Below, in pieces: positions 36,214 through 48,203 of a stretch of 64,000 bases of DNA. The notes under the pieces are model-generated. The model was not told where the DNA came from, ran no database searches, and worked only from the letters and a program-made list of their open reading frames with translations. This DNA is from the human T2T-CHM13v2.0 reference genome, Homo sapiens: the NCBI RefSeq assembly GCF_009914755.1, contig NC_060947.1. One strand, written 5' to 3'. The translations under genes and the position numbers were made by a program. Every line of letters starts with the position of its first letter. Position 1 is the first letter of the stretch.

Positions 36214-36918
36214 CTTTGTATTCCAGACTTTCAAATCAAAATGTAACTATCTGGTACATCTTGCCAGGGATATTTTCTCTGTTTGAAAACTTCTAAGGAA
36301 ATCTGAACTACGATTTTCATGGCTCTAAATGACTTAACATATCACTTATATAACTTATCATTTGAAATTGCCCTTGAGGACCACTGGGCTAGATATTTTG
36401 ATAATTCTTATACAAGATCAGGTAAACAGGTGCCATCATCTACATACTGATTTAGTTTTGTTCTAGAGCTTATTGGTAGGAATGACTCACTGAGAAATTC
36501 TGAGCAACTTGTGTAACTCTATGCCTGTTTTCCCACTGGAAGAATGGGGCTTGTAAGGCTGCTTCCTCTTTGTTTGGAGGAACTTTACATGGTATGATAT
36601 CTTACATCTCCTGCAACACTTTTAGCCATGTTGCAAACTCACCTGAAAACTCCCATCTATTATTTTAAATCCAATTTTAACTGTCATTGGTCATCTATAC
36701 CTCAGTGTGAATGGATGTGAGAGAAGGTTCTGGCCTTGGCCACCTGAAAAAACGAAGAGGTAAAACACTAGGAAAAAAAAGTGTCCAGTGGGTGTTTGAA
36801 ACTAGAAAACAAGTTGCCTTTTGAAGAATTTTGCCTCAGGTTTTATCATTATGAAGTGCTGCCCAATTAATTGCCTAACTGGGTATGATGCTGTATATTG
36901 AGAACTTCACAGACCTAG

Positions 36919-37248
<330 letters not shown>

Positions 37249-38689
37249 TTCACATAGTCAGTTTCTGCAATGAGCCTAAGGCAAGCACACTGTCATAGAG
37301 ACTGTGTTGGTGTATGGAAGTATGGTAAGGTGGCATGAAATATGTGGTCCATATTACACACAGGCTAAAGATCAGTTGATTTGGGGAGAATACGGGTCAG
37401 TGAGATTAAAAATATGAAGGGAAAAGGAATCTGATATTGATTTGCCTTTACCTTCTCAAATATTTAGAAATGTTTCTGCTCTCTTTCCTCCTTCAGAAAG
37501 TAATGTCATAGAATCTTTGGTGGTAAGGAAAGCCCTTGCTAGGCATCAAAAACATTGTTCAGACTAACAGAGATCATTGTCTACTCTTGGAAATGGGGAT
37601 GGAGAAGTTGAGGGTTAAAGATTCACACAAAAACATCCCTTGGAAGATGGTTTTGGGAGACCTTATAGACTAAAAGAGGATAAATATATACTAAGACTTA
37701 TTGTTACTAGGTTCCAGGTACTGTGTGAAACACCCTATATCAATTATCTTATTTAATTCTGCTAACAAATGTTATATAAGTGAGGAAATTGAGGAACTGA
37801 GAGTATAAAAGAAGTTGCCCAAAGTCATACAGCTATACATATTACCGAGCTCCTCCCCATACATACACACTATACTAAATTCCTGTGATTTTTTTTTTTT
37901 TTGGCTTTGTTTATCATCAGGCACTTTCTTTGCAAAAAGTAGATGCAGTTAGTTGAGGACTCCACTTCTTTGGGTTTCTGGTTAATTGAGGTTTGGCTCT
38001 TTCATAGGGAGTTTGCAGTTCAGTCCAGGCAAATTTAGCCCCTGTTTTTCCACTAAATAATCACACCTCATGGTAGCTTGTAGTTGGAGATTGAGGAGTC
38101 TAATATTAATACACCAAAGGAACTTGAATCATCAAAGGAGAGGCCTGATTTAAATAAACTAATTTAAAGGGCCTGGAACTCTGTTGAATTCAAGCTGTTA
38201 AAATTCCATCATTGTTAAATCTCTTCTTTTCCAACAATCCACCAGCTGCCCAACCATAATGCCTTGTTTATAATACATAGGGTTCCTTTGAAAGACAAAA
38301 GGAGCTTTGCAGCTCATAGGGCGGTGGTGAAGCCTGCCTATGCTGTAGTTCCTACAGTTTGCCCTTACATGTTTCCATAGAAACAGAATTGTTGCTTGAA
38401 GAAAAAAATACTTAAATTTTATTTTCTCTTTATGTTCTTTGAAACTTGTGCTAACTTTGCCAGAACTGAAGGACAAATTCCTGGCTTTCCATTCTTCTGG
38501 GAAATTAGTGGAACCTGTGTGCTCAGAGGAGAAAGAAGGCACTCAGGAGTTTTTAGAGTCAGGTTTGTGTTAACCCTTGATACCAGTGAAGAGAGAGATA
38601 CTTAGAATCCCCTTCCAATCCTCTTTTCCAACTCAGTCTTTCCATTCAGCTCAGCCATTCTGCCCCAGAGCATAAGATCATTTTGAAGG

Positions 38690-38915
38690 CAAGAGAGTGG
38701 TTAAATGCATGTGGGCTGTATAGTCAGGCAAACTTGGGTTTGACTTCTGTCCCTGCTACATATCAGCCTATCTGAGCTTTAGCAAGTAATTTAAGTACTC
38801 TGATCCTCCCATCCTCATCTGTAAAATGGGGGATATAGAAATACTGTGAAGGTTAAATGAATTAATCCATGCTTGGCATAATGCCTGAAACATAGCAAGC
38901 ACTCAATAAATGGCA
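38690..38915 (+). mobile_element. MIR
   Basis: 'cctcatctgtaaaatgggg...aagcactcaataaatggcagc'. Confidence 0.8.
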
Positions 38916-39083
38916 GCTTTTTAAAAAGTCATTTTTCTTCCCCCTGAAATCTCATCAATGTCCCCTAATCAATCACCCCTTTTAAGGGCTTTTCTTGAAT
39001 CCCATTGTCAGAGGCGTCCAAACCAGAGCAACTCCATTTTGAGTGAGGGCTAGGAAAATGAGGCTGGGGCTTGCTGGGCTGCA

Positions 39084-39092
39084 TTCCCAGAA
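39084..39092 (+). promoter_or_regulatory. GAS/STAT motif TTCCCAGAA in the 5' LTR
   Basis: Exact TTCN3GAA match; function untested. Confidence 0.5.
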
Positions 39093-39530
39093 AGTTAGGC
39101 ATTCCTAACCTCTAGATATTTAAGGTTAAGGGAACAAATTAATAATGTTACTCAACAGAACCAGACTTGGGAGTGTCCAGATATCCTGATATCTAGAGAA
39201 AAAAGCATTCCTAATTTTGCTTTAAAGATAATAATATTGATTCTTGCAAAATATACTAATTAAGAAAATTAATCCTTTATCACAAACCCTTGTAGCACAG
39301 TGTATCTCCCCATATATACGAGCATTGTATCTAGGGTGGATGAGTTCCTCTTTTTACTTTCAGGAACCTCCTATTCTTGTCTATGGAGTAGCTGTTTTTT
39401 CACCACTTTACTTTCTCAGTAAACTTGCTTTTACTTTGCACTGTGGACTCGCCCTAAATTCTTTCTTGCAGGAGATCCAAGAATGCTCTCTTGGGGTCTG
39501 GATCGGTACTCCTTTCCTGCAACATATTTC

Positions 39531-39548
39531 TGGCGACCCAGATGGGAC
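39531..39548 (+). promoter_or_regulatory. Primer binding site, tRNA-Arg(CCG)
   Basis: TGGCGACCCAGATGGGAC, complementary to the remembered 3' end of tRNA-Arg-CCG (GTCCCATCTGGGTCGCCA); 6 nt after the LTR. Confidence 0.85.
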
Positions 39549-40539
39549 TGTAGTACAGAAACCCTGACTCAATGGCTACCTTTGGGTAAGTGTTGGGGTC
39601 CTGTAACATATTTCTGGTGAACCATGGAAGGGATGATACTGAAGAAACCCCCTCAAACCAAAGGAAATAGACTGCAGCACTGATTGGATGACTTTGGGTA
39701 ACTGGTGGTGTACTTGGGTAAAGAATGGGATTGGGTTAGAGGCCCAACTTAGGGGAGTTAAAGCCTCTCTTAAGACAGAGTGGGTTAGAGGCCCCTCTTA
39801 ATAAAAGGCAAGGACACTTGACTGACCTTGGGTTAGAGGCCCGACTTAGAAGGGATAGAGTCCCTTCTAAGATTTAGGGGCTTAGAGGCCCCTCTCGGTA
39901 AAGTCCCTCTTGGCTAAAAATGGGTTTAGCACCATAGGCTATGTTCTTTGTATTTACATTGTCCTCCTTGCTGCATGAATCAATTTCTTGGTTGCTGTCT
40001 CTGTTTCACTGTCATTTTCAGGAGACTTTATTTAACTGGTCTTGGAGATTTTAACTTTCTCTTTTCCTATGTGCCTCCCGATTTCCGTCCATCTGCTTGT
40101 GAAACATTGGGAACAAAAAGCATTGAAGGCTCTGTCTCTAAAATTGCTGATTGAGATTTGGTATTTAACAGCTATGAGCAATAGGATTAGACAGATGTGG
40201 TTATGTTTTGTTGCCGCTATGCCGACTAGGTGTGATCCAAAGCAGTAGGATGGAAATCAGGGGGGGACTTTTCTCCTTGCTGTTTTGTTTCATTTTGCAC
40301 ACTAAAAAAACACTTCTTTCTTGGATTCGGGCAAACCAGCTATGCTTCTCTGCTATTGTCCAAAACCTGCTTGCTCTGGTCATTCCCATCTAAATCCTCT
40401 TCATTTTCTTTGCCTTATTTGACATATTTGTCGAAGTCCATGTTGTGGTTTATCTAAGATTCATGGCTCGACTCACTTCCATTATTCAGATAATGTGAAT
40501 CATGTTTGATGAGAAAAAAGAAAGGAAAAAAAACTAGAC

Positions 40540-41778
40540 ATACTAAATGATCCTTTAATGCAAGCCCCCTTTCCCTGGTTCAGCAGGCATTTTTGGGTGG
40601 AGCAGAACCTCCTTCTGTTGGCTCTGAAGGTTCAGATGTGTTGGTCTTTTCTCCCTCTCGTCCACCGGAAAGTTCTATTGAGAACCCTTTGTCCCCTCCT
40701 CCTTACCCATCTACTCCCACTCTATACCCACCACTCATGAGGAACTTAGCCCAGTGAGTACTACTCGTAGTGGAGCCTCCTAGCAACCACCAAAGGGAAA
40801 TCTTTGTCCACTTAGAGAGGTGGCAAATAAGGAAGAAGGCCTATGAGAGTACATGTCCCCTTTTCTAGGTCTAATTGACTCTATGTAAAGAAAGGTTGGT
40901 AATTTCTCTGAAGATCCAGGAAAATTCATAGATAGTTTTGAGAAATTAACTGTGACCTATATTTAAACTTGGCAGGATCTGCACATTTTGTTGTCTCTGT
41001 GTTGTACAGTGGAAGAGAAACAATACATTTTGGGGACAGCTAGGGCCCATGAAGATGAGGTATTGGCTTGCAACTCGGACCATAATATATATCAGGCAGG
41101 AGGTATAGCAATTCCAGATCAAGATATAGAGTGGAACTATCAAAGGGGCAGTGAGGACTTGGGGAAGAGAGATCATATGGTCACTTTTTTGTTGGAAGGG
41201 ATGAAGAAATGTATAAAAAAGCCTGTTAACTATGACAAGGTTAGGGAAGTTTCTCAGGGTAAAGATAAGAATCCAGCTTTGTTTCAAGGGCATTTAGTTG
41301 AGGCAATCAGGAAATATACTAACACTGATCCTGCCTCAAGGGAAGGGCAAACCCTTTTGGGAGTACATTTTATATCCCAGTCTGCCCCAATATCCATAGG
41401 AAACTACAAAAAGCAGCTATGGGTCCCCAGAATCCTATGGAACAGCTTTTGGGTATGGCATTTTTAATTTTTAATAACAAGGACAAAGCAGAAGAAGCAG
41501 AAAGAGCAAGAAGGACCTCCCACAAGGTGCAGTTCTTGGCTGCAGCCTTACGCTCACCTCCCACATGGGGTTGTCCTCCTGGCTCTGGGCCTTAGCAAGG
41601 GAAGCTGAAAGGTGGGAAGTCCAGAGCTGGACATCTGAGTCACCGTGCTTTGGGCATAAATCAGTGTGCACACTCTAAGGAAACTGGTCATTGGAAGAGG
41701 GATTTCCCAGCGTTCTGAAGGGAGACATTGGCACCTGAACCAATGATGGCTGAAGTAGCCAGGCAAGCTCAAGAGTGA
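40540..41778 (+). pseudogene. gag: gag remnant
   Basis: PPPY late domain (40695-40706), LCPLREVA/RVHVPFS, capsid ORF 40988-41467 with MHR-like VSQGKDKNPALFQGHLVEAIRKYT, degenerate zinc knuckle NQCAHSKETGHWKRDFP. Confidence 0.85.
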
Positions 41779-41963
41779 TTGGGCCCAGTCCTTCCACCCC
41801 AGCTCCCATCGGACAACTAGCCATATCTCCAGAGAAGCCTCGGGTAACCCTTGACGTGGCAGTCCCACAGGCCAATGGAAGACAAGAGACTGATACTGTT
41901 TATTCCTGTGAGCCAGTCAGTGACCTCCAACTCCTGTTCAGAAGAAATGAAAGGGATGGATAA
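41779..41963 (+). pseudogene. pol: pro/pol remnant: protease N-terminus fused to integrase C-terminus
   Basis: AISPEKPRVTLDVA joined in frame to YSCEPVSDLQLLFRR. Confidence 0.75.
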
Positions 41964-43085
41964 CATAAAGATATGGATTGGCATTCTACTTTTGGCTATA
42001 AGTTGGAATAATGCAGAGAGTAACTTACTTACTGAGTGGGCAAAGGTTTAGCCCCTCTTTTCCCATGTGTTATATATAGCCACATGGGCCTTAGCCCATT
42101 CCCCTACTGTGAGAAGACAAGAAGGTACCTTTTTAATTTAATTAGAAAACAGCTAAACTCCACCCCAACTTTAGGTTATGCTATACATAATGAACTTGGA
42201 TGAATGACAGCTGTTCAACTGCAGGTCTCAGGCAAAGCACCTCTGTGTTTTCAAAGGCACAATAATAGTCACCACCAAACTGGAACCCCTGATATGGGAT
42301 GGCTGTTATTTCAACAATGTAATCAGACTCTTCTTCTAACAGACCAGATGTGGATGGGATGACAAGATAATTTGCCAAAAAATGAGTGCCTACCCTTCTT
42401 CTTGGGGATGGTTGTGGGCTTGTGGAACTCATGGCTGGCCATACTTACCTTATAACTGGACTAGAAGGTGTAAGTGGGGTTGCCCTTATCTCCCGGGACG
42501 TATCCTCACCAAACTGGACTCTCTGTCATCTAACTGGGAAATTATAAAAGCTCGCCATGGGCAACAAAAAGAAGCATCTTGGTGATTTTATCCTATGGCT
42601 ATATTTTCCCTGCAGGCAACTACAATCAGTATCGAGTGACAAGTTGAAGCCTTCGCAAAGCACACAGCTGCAGCTTTCCATAATACATGCCATGCCCTTA
42701 CCCTCCTAACTGAGGAAACTTCTCAGATTAGGCAGGTAGCCTTACAAAACCGTGTGGCTTTGGACATTTTAACAGCAGCCCAGCGGGAGCTCGTGCTTTG
42801 ATCAAAACCGAATGTTGTGTGTATGTTTCAGACTATTCACATAATATTACCCAAGCTGTGAAAGCTTTCGACACTCACATATCTGCCACTGATGCGCTAT
42901 CAGTCGACCCCGTATCAGCTTGGTTGCAACAACTGCCCAGTTCTTGGAAGGCCTTTCTGTTTAGTTTACTTGGAATGACTTTACTTATTTTGCTTTGCTC
43001 TTGTGGAATATATTGGGGTTGTACTCTCTGTGTAGGAATGCAAGGCAAGCTCAATCAAGGCTTTATTAAATTGGATACTTTTTAA
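41956..43085 (+). pseudogene. env: env remnant (gamma-type)
   Basis: Signal peptide MDNIKIWIGILLLAISWNNAES, WLWACGTHGWPYLPYNW, ISD LQNRVALDILTAAQ from 42742, KTECCVY, TM anchor; several frameshifts and stops. Confidence 0.85.
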
Positions 43086-43386
43086 TCTTCCGTATATCAC
43101 CTTTTGTAGGAACTCAGAGTTATGAACGACCTTCACCATAGCAACGCTTTCTAACTGCGTTTCTCTCTACCCTGAATGCAAGAAGCCCTAATAGTTAGGC
43201 AGGAATATCATCGTCCCTATTCAGCCTGATGAAGTTACAGAAGATGGATCTTTGTCCCTCTGCAACCCTTAGGATTAAGGGTCCTCCTGTAAAGGGAGGG
43301 GGCATCTCTGTCAGAGGCGTTTGAACCAGAGCGACTCCGTTTTGAGTGGGGGCTAGGAAAATGAGGCTGGGGCTTGCTGGGCTGCA

Positions 43387-43395
43387 TTCCCAGAA
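43387..43395 (+). promoter_or_regulatory. GAS/STAT motif TTCCCAGAA in the 3' LTR
   Basis: Exact TTCN3GAA match; function untested. Confidence 0.5.
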
Positions 43396-43714
43396 AGTCA
43401 GGCATTCCTAGCCTCTAGATGTTTAAGGTTAAGGGAACAAATTAATAATGTTTTCTAAACAGACCCAGACTTGGAGTTTCCAGATATCCTGATATCTGGA
43501 GAACAAAGGCATTCCTAATTTTGCTTTAAAGATAATAATACTGATTCTTGTGAAATATAGTAATTAAGAAAATTAATCCTTTATCACAAACCCTTGTAGC
43601 AGAGCACATCTCCCCATATATACGAGCACTGTACCTAGAGTGGACACATTCCTCCTCTTACTTTTGGGAACATCCTACTCTGTCTATGGAGTAGCTGTCT
43701 TTTCACCACTTTCC

Positions 43715-44022
<308 letters not shown>

Positions 44023-45464
44023 TCACCACTTTACTTTCTTAATAAATTTGCTTTTACTTTGCACTGTGGACTTGGCCTAAATTCTTTCTTGCGTGAGATA
44101 CAAGAACCCTCTCTTGTGGTCTGGATTGGGTCGCCTTTCCTGTAACACCATCTCATCTTGCCTGCTTTAATGTCACATTGTTTGCAACTTTTGAGTTGAT
44201 TGGCAATTAGATTTTAGTTATTTTATTATAGATGGGTTTTGTCTCCCAGATCAGCTAGATTGTAATCACCTGAGGGCCCAAGTGGGCTCTTGTTTAGCAC
44301 ACTACTGGGCACTCAAGAAATGCTAATTAAATGTTTATTGGAGTAAAGACTGGACTCTGGGCTTCACTAACTTTCCTAGAGACTGTTTCGAGTTGGCTTT
44401 TTGTCTCCACAGGAATCCAGATAACCACTGTCATTCCTAGCTTTTGCGGCCTCACTAATACAATCTGTTAAGACATGTTCAATGTGCCTAGTATAATAGA
44501 TTCCATCTGTCTAAGGATTGGTGAAGGTGAAAGAATGATATCATATAACCCGAGGCTTCTCTGCCTTGAGTGGCCCTGTGCCTGAGGCTTATGTTATTTG
44601 GGGGAAGCACTATATTAAGTTTGGTCAGCCTCAAGGACAGACACTGGAGCCTCTTATTTGAGTGTAAGATGGAAATGCCTCCAGGTCGACTGAGCTGAGA
44701 CCAAGGTCCACTTCACTTTAAGATTATCCTTTTGATCATCATCGGGTGATGGTATTACTTAGATTGAAAGTGTTAACTTTCAGCCTGGGCTATTTTTATC
44801 AGATATTTTGTGGTTAAAGATGATATCTAAGGTGAAAAATCAATTATAGGAAAGTGCACAAGTTAAACAGTGAGTTGCTTGCAGGCGGCTTGCTGAAGCA
44901 AAAGGAGAGACAAGGAATTATTAAGGAAAAACTCAAGCATTTACTAGTGCTTTGCAAAATAGAGGAGGAAACGAAAGTAGGGCTTCTGTGGTAAATGAAC
45001 ACAGAACATGGATTTGCCTCAGTTCTAAACTTTTTTATCACTCCAGTCAAATAGTAGAAGTTATTTGAACTCCTTTTTTTTTTTTTTTTTTTGCCACACT
45101 GAATAGAGCAGGCATCCAAGGAGCGTCTTCAAGAGCTTTTTCAGGTCAAAGTCACATTCTGATGAGATAGTAATTTTGCTACTTTCTCTGTAGCTCTCCC
45201 TATAGCTATCATTGTGGGTGGCATCTAGATGTCAAGTTGGTTGAATTTTTTCCATGAAGAAAAATACCCAACCTTGGAAACTTCTCCCTCCAACTTGGAG
45301 ACCTGCCTGCACTTCCACCAGGGACCAAGGGCAGGCCTGAGGCACTGACTGGTGAGAAGGCAGAAGAAGATAGAAAAAGAAGAAGGGGGAGTGTGGGAGG
45401 AGAGAAAGGACAGGGAGAAAGGCAAAGAGAAAATTATTGAGCCAGCTTGTTAATTGCACTTCCT

Positions 45465-46010
45465 ACTTTTAGTCCTGTCTCTCTTTAATCCACTTTTCAC
45501 ACAGCCACTATTGATCTTCCTAAACAAAAATCTGATTGTCTCATTTTCCTCTTTAATGTTCCCTATTGACATGAGCATCAGGTCCATCCAAGCTCCTTGT
45601 CATGATGTATAAAGCCTTGCATGATCTGTCTCTTGCCATGATCAGTCTCACCTTCTCTTACTTTCTGCCTCCCACTTGATGCTATGGTAATAGCGAATGG
45701 CATACAGATCTTTCGACCCTTCAGTGACTCTTCTCCCCTACTACATACTTACACACAAAAGGCTTTCTCATGTCCTTGCCCATGCAAATCACTCTTCCTG
45801 AGATACTGTTTCTACCTTTATTTGCTAATTTCTGTCCATACTTCAAGATACAGCTCAGATAGCACCTCCAATTCCTTCAGTTCCATGGGATCTATGAATA
45901 CCTCTACATCTGTCTCTTACCCCATTATATTAAAATTATATATTTACATATTTCTCTTCCTCACTAAACAGAGCTCCTTGAGGGAGAAGCTAACGGCACC
46001 CAAAATATTT
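45465..46010 (+). mobile_element. L2 fragment
   Basis: 'aaaatctgattgtctcatt', 'aaagccttgcatgatctgtc', 'gagctccttgaggg'. Confidence 0.6.
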
Positions 46011-47029
46011 CAAATGGTGGTAAGTGGTATAGAGAGAGCAAAGGCAGTGGTCTTAAGTGCCTGTCAGAAGCAGGTTTGAGCTTTCTTCCTGTTCAGCAGA
46101 TGCCTGCTCTCTCATTGGCTTACATATTTGTGAAAAGTTGTTATGCAATTATTCATTAAACTACTGGCTCGAAATGTTTGCATTTGCAATGGATGTCCTT
46201 AATGCCTTACCTCTAGGGAACAATGGAATTTCAGAAACTGAGGCAGGCTGACATAGAGACATAGTTTCCTTGGCCCTTGTACCACATGGTGTAGGCAGCT
46301 GTCCATTAAGCCTGTGCTTTCTTAGGGTCAGCTTGGTACTCAATGCCCACTGAGCACCATGGTGATCTGTCAATAGTCGGTTAATTTGTCTCTTAAGAAA
46401 AAACATGTGGGTGTGTTGATACTGGGGCTCTAGCTAGAGTGTGAACTCCTTGAAGAGAGAGACTGTTTTTAACTTGGCTGGGACTCCCCAGAAGGCTCTA
46501 TAATATGGGAGAGCCTTGTGGGGAGGGGGATTTCTTGACTAAATCTGCTGATCAATGTGGGGGTTCTCTTTTTACATTATGCCTAAACCAGAATGGAGAG
46601 CAACACTTTAATATAGTGCAATCAAGATTGGTTGTCCTGTACCTTACATCCCAGAGTGCTCTCTTAACTATAAGTCTGAGACTTAAATAAAATCTAGTGC
46701 AAAGGAAGTGAAGGATAGATGAGGAACAGCCTGGACCATCAAACTTGGTTGCTTTTATCACACTATCATTTCTCAGAAATTTCAAATGCTTCTTATTGAA
46801 AAATGAGAAGAAAATGAAGGAATCACATCTTATAGTATCCAGAGAAAAATGTGCTTTAATTAGCCAGATCCAGTCTTTCCTTATTGGAGGAATGCCAGTT
46901 TTACTAATGGAAAGAGTTTTCTCAGACCATCTGTCAGTTATCACAGCAGTCTGTGCTTAACCCTTTCTGTGCCAGCAGGAAAAAATTCACTAATCTAGTA
47001 AATTGCTCCATCAGGTGATTTGGAGAATA

Positions 47030-47490
47030 AGGCATGGCATCTGCCTTCGAGGGGCTTAAAATTTAATAGGCAAGACAGGAGACATACACGACCATGTATA
47101 AAGCAGGCAGAATGCACTAAGCATTATAAGAGAGCTACCAAATGTGGTGGAAGCATTAATGAGAGGAAGATTACTCTTGGCTAGAGGCTAGGGAAGTCTT
47201 CATGGAGGCACCTGAAGATAGATGAAAAGGGCAAAAATTGTGGGCATTCTGGGTGGAGGGACTACTAGCATGTTAAATGCCATACAGGGGAAAAAGTCCA
47301 GGGCAGGTCTGTACAATGAATGGGAATAGTCTAGTGTGATAGCAGTATAGGATGTGGAAATAACAGTAGATATGGTATTTCAGATTGTTTGGGGATCACA
47401 TGAAAGAGGCATTTGACTGTCAGATTAAGAGGTAGGCATTTTATTCTATAGCGTAGACAATGGATTGTCAGTGCCTTGCTCAGAGCTGTG
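47030..47490 (-). mobile_element. L2 fragment
   Basis: 'agggaagtcttcatggagg' and 'ttttattctatagcgtagacaatgg'. Confidence 0.5.
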
Positions 47491-48051
47491 CTTTATTTGG
47501 GCATCCTAGGCAGTATGAGTTAAATGCTGAGCTATTTTCTCTAACCTCAGGGGAGGTGGAAATGGATCCCTGGCTTCTGCTATTCAAGATGTGATGCATT
47601 GGGTTTTGCAGATTTAGAGCTATATTTTTCTTTTATTATTTGCTACTGGATTGATAGCCCTGAGGTCACTGCTTAGGATAAGACATCTAGCCTGGCTGGG
47701 ATGAGAGGGTACATTTTTCTGCTGGACTTTGAATCCGTGTAAACTTTGTAGGTTTTGAGTTAACCTGAGCCAACGTTTTATATCAGCTTGATGTTCTTTA
47801 TGTTATAAATTATGTATGTATTTACATATGTATGTGCATGTATCCAAATTTTTGGGGGGTGGGGGATAATTTTTATAACTCAGTTGTTCTGTATTTCATG
47901 GAATAAAACAGCTGGAGGTTAGGGGTGCTGGTGAGGAGGATGTGGAGTCACATCTTAAATATCTATATTTTTATTCTCCAAGTTCCTTCTGGCTTAGTGC
48001 TATCAAGAGGCTTACATTATGGGGTACATTTTTATTAATAGGAATAGTACC

Positions 48052-48203
48052 AGTGTTTCTCAAAATCTGGCCCTCCTTGAAAATCTGCCACAGAATTCAC
48101 CCAGACAGGTACCTGCTTGGGCTGAAATCAGAGACCATATAGCAGCTGCCTGTTTAATAAGCTAAACACGAGATTCAGATACATGCTTAGATTTGAGGAC
48201 TAC
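48052..48203. mobile_element. MER5-type hAT MITE
   Basis: Termini cagtgtttctcaaa ... tttgaggactact. Confidence 0.6.

Noticed and set aside
39731-39896. Spaced short repeats as a CRISPR-like or telomeric array
   Set aside because: Eukaryotic retroviral leader; the spacers are related to each other, there are no cas genes, and the unit is not tandem TTAGGG
40988-41467. 159-aa gag ORF as a domesticated capsid gene
   Set aside because: It starts at TTG, is bounded by frameshifts and stops, and the zinc knuckle has lost two Cys; consistent with neutral decay
41956-43085. env as a syncytin-like gene
   Set aside because: Multiple frameshifts and stops, shortened SU, degenerate furin site, and the first Cys of CX6CC mutated to Arg
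44395-44530. Plus-strand acceptor ttttgtctccacag
   Set aside because: Frames close early and only weak donors follow
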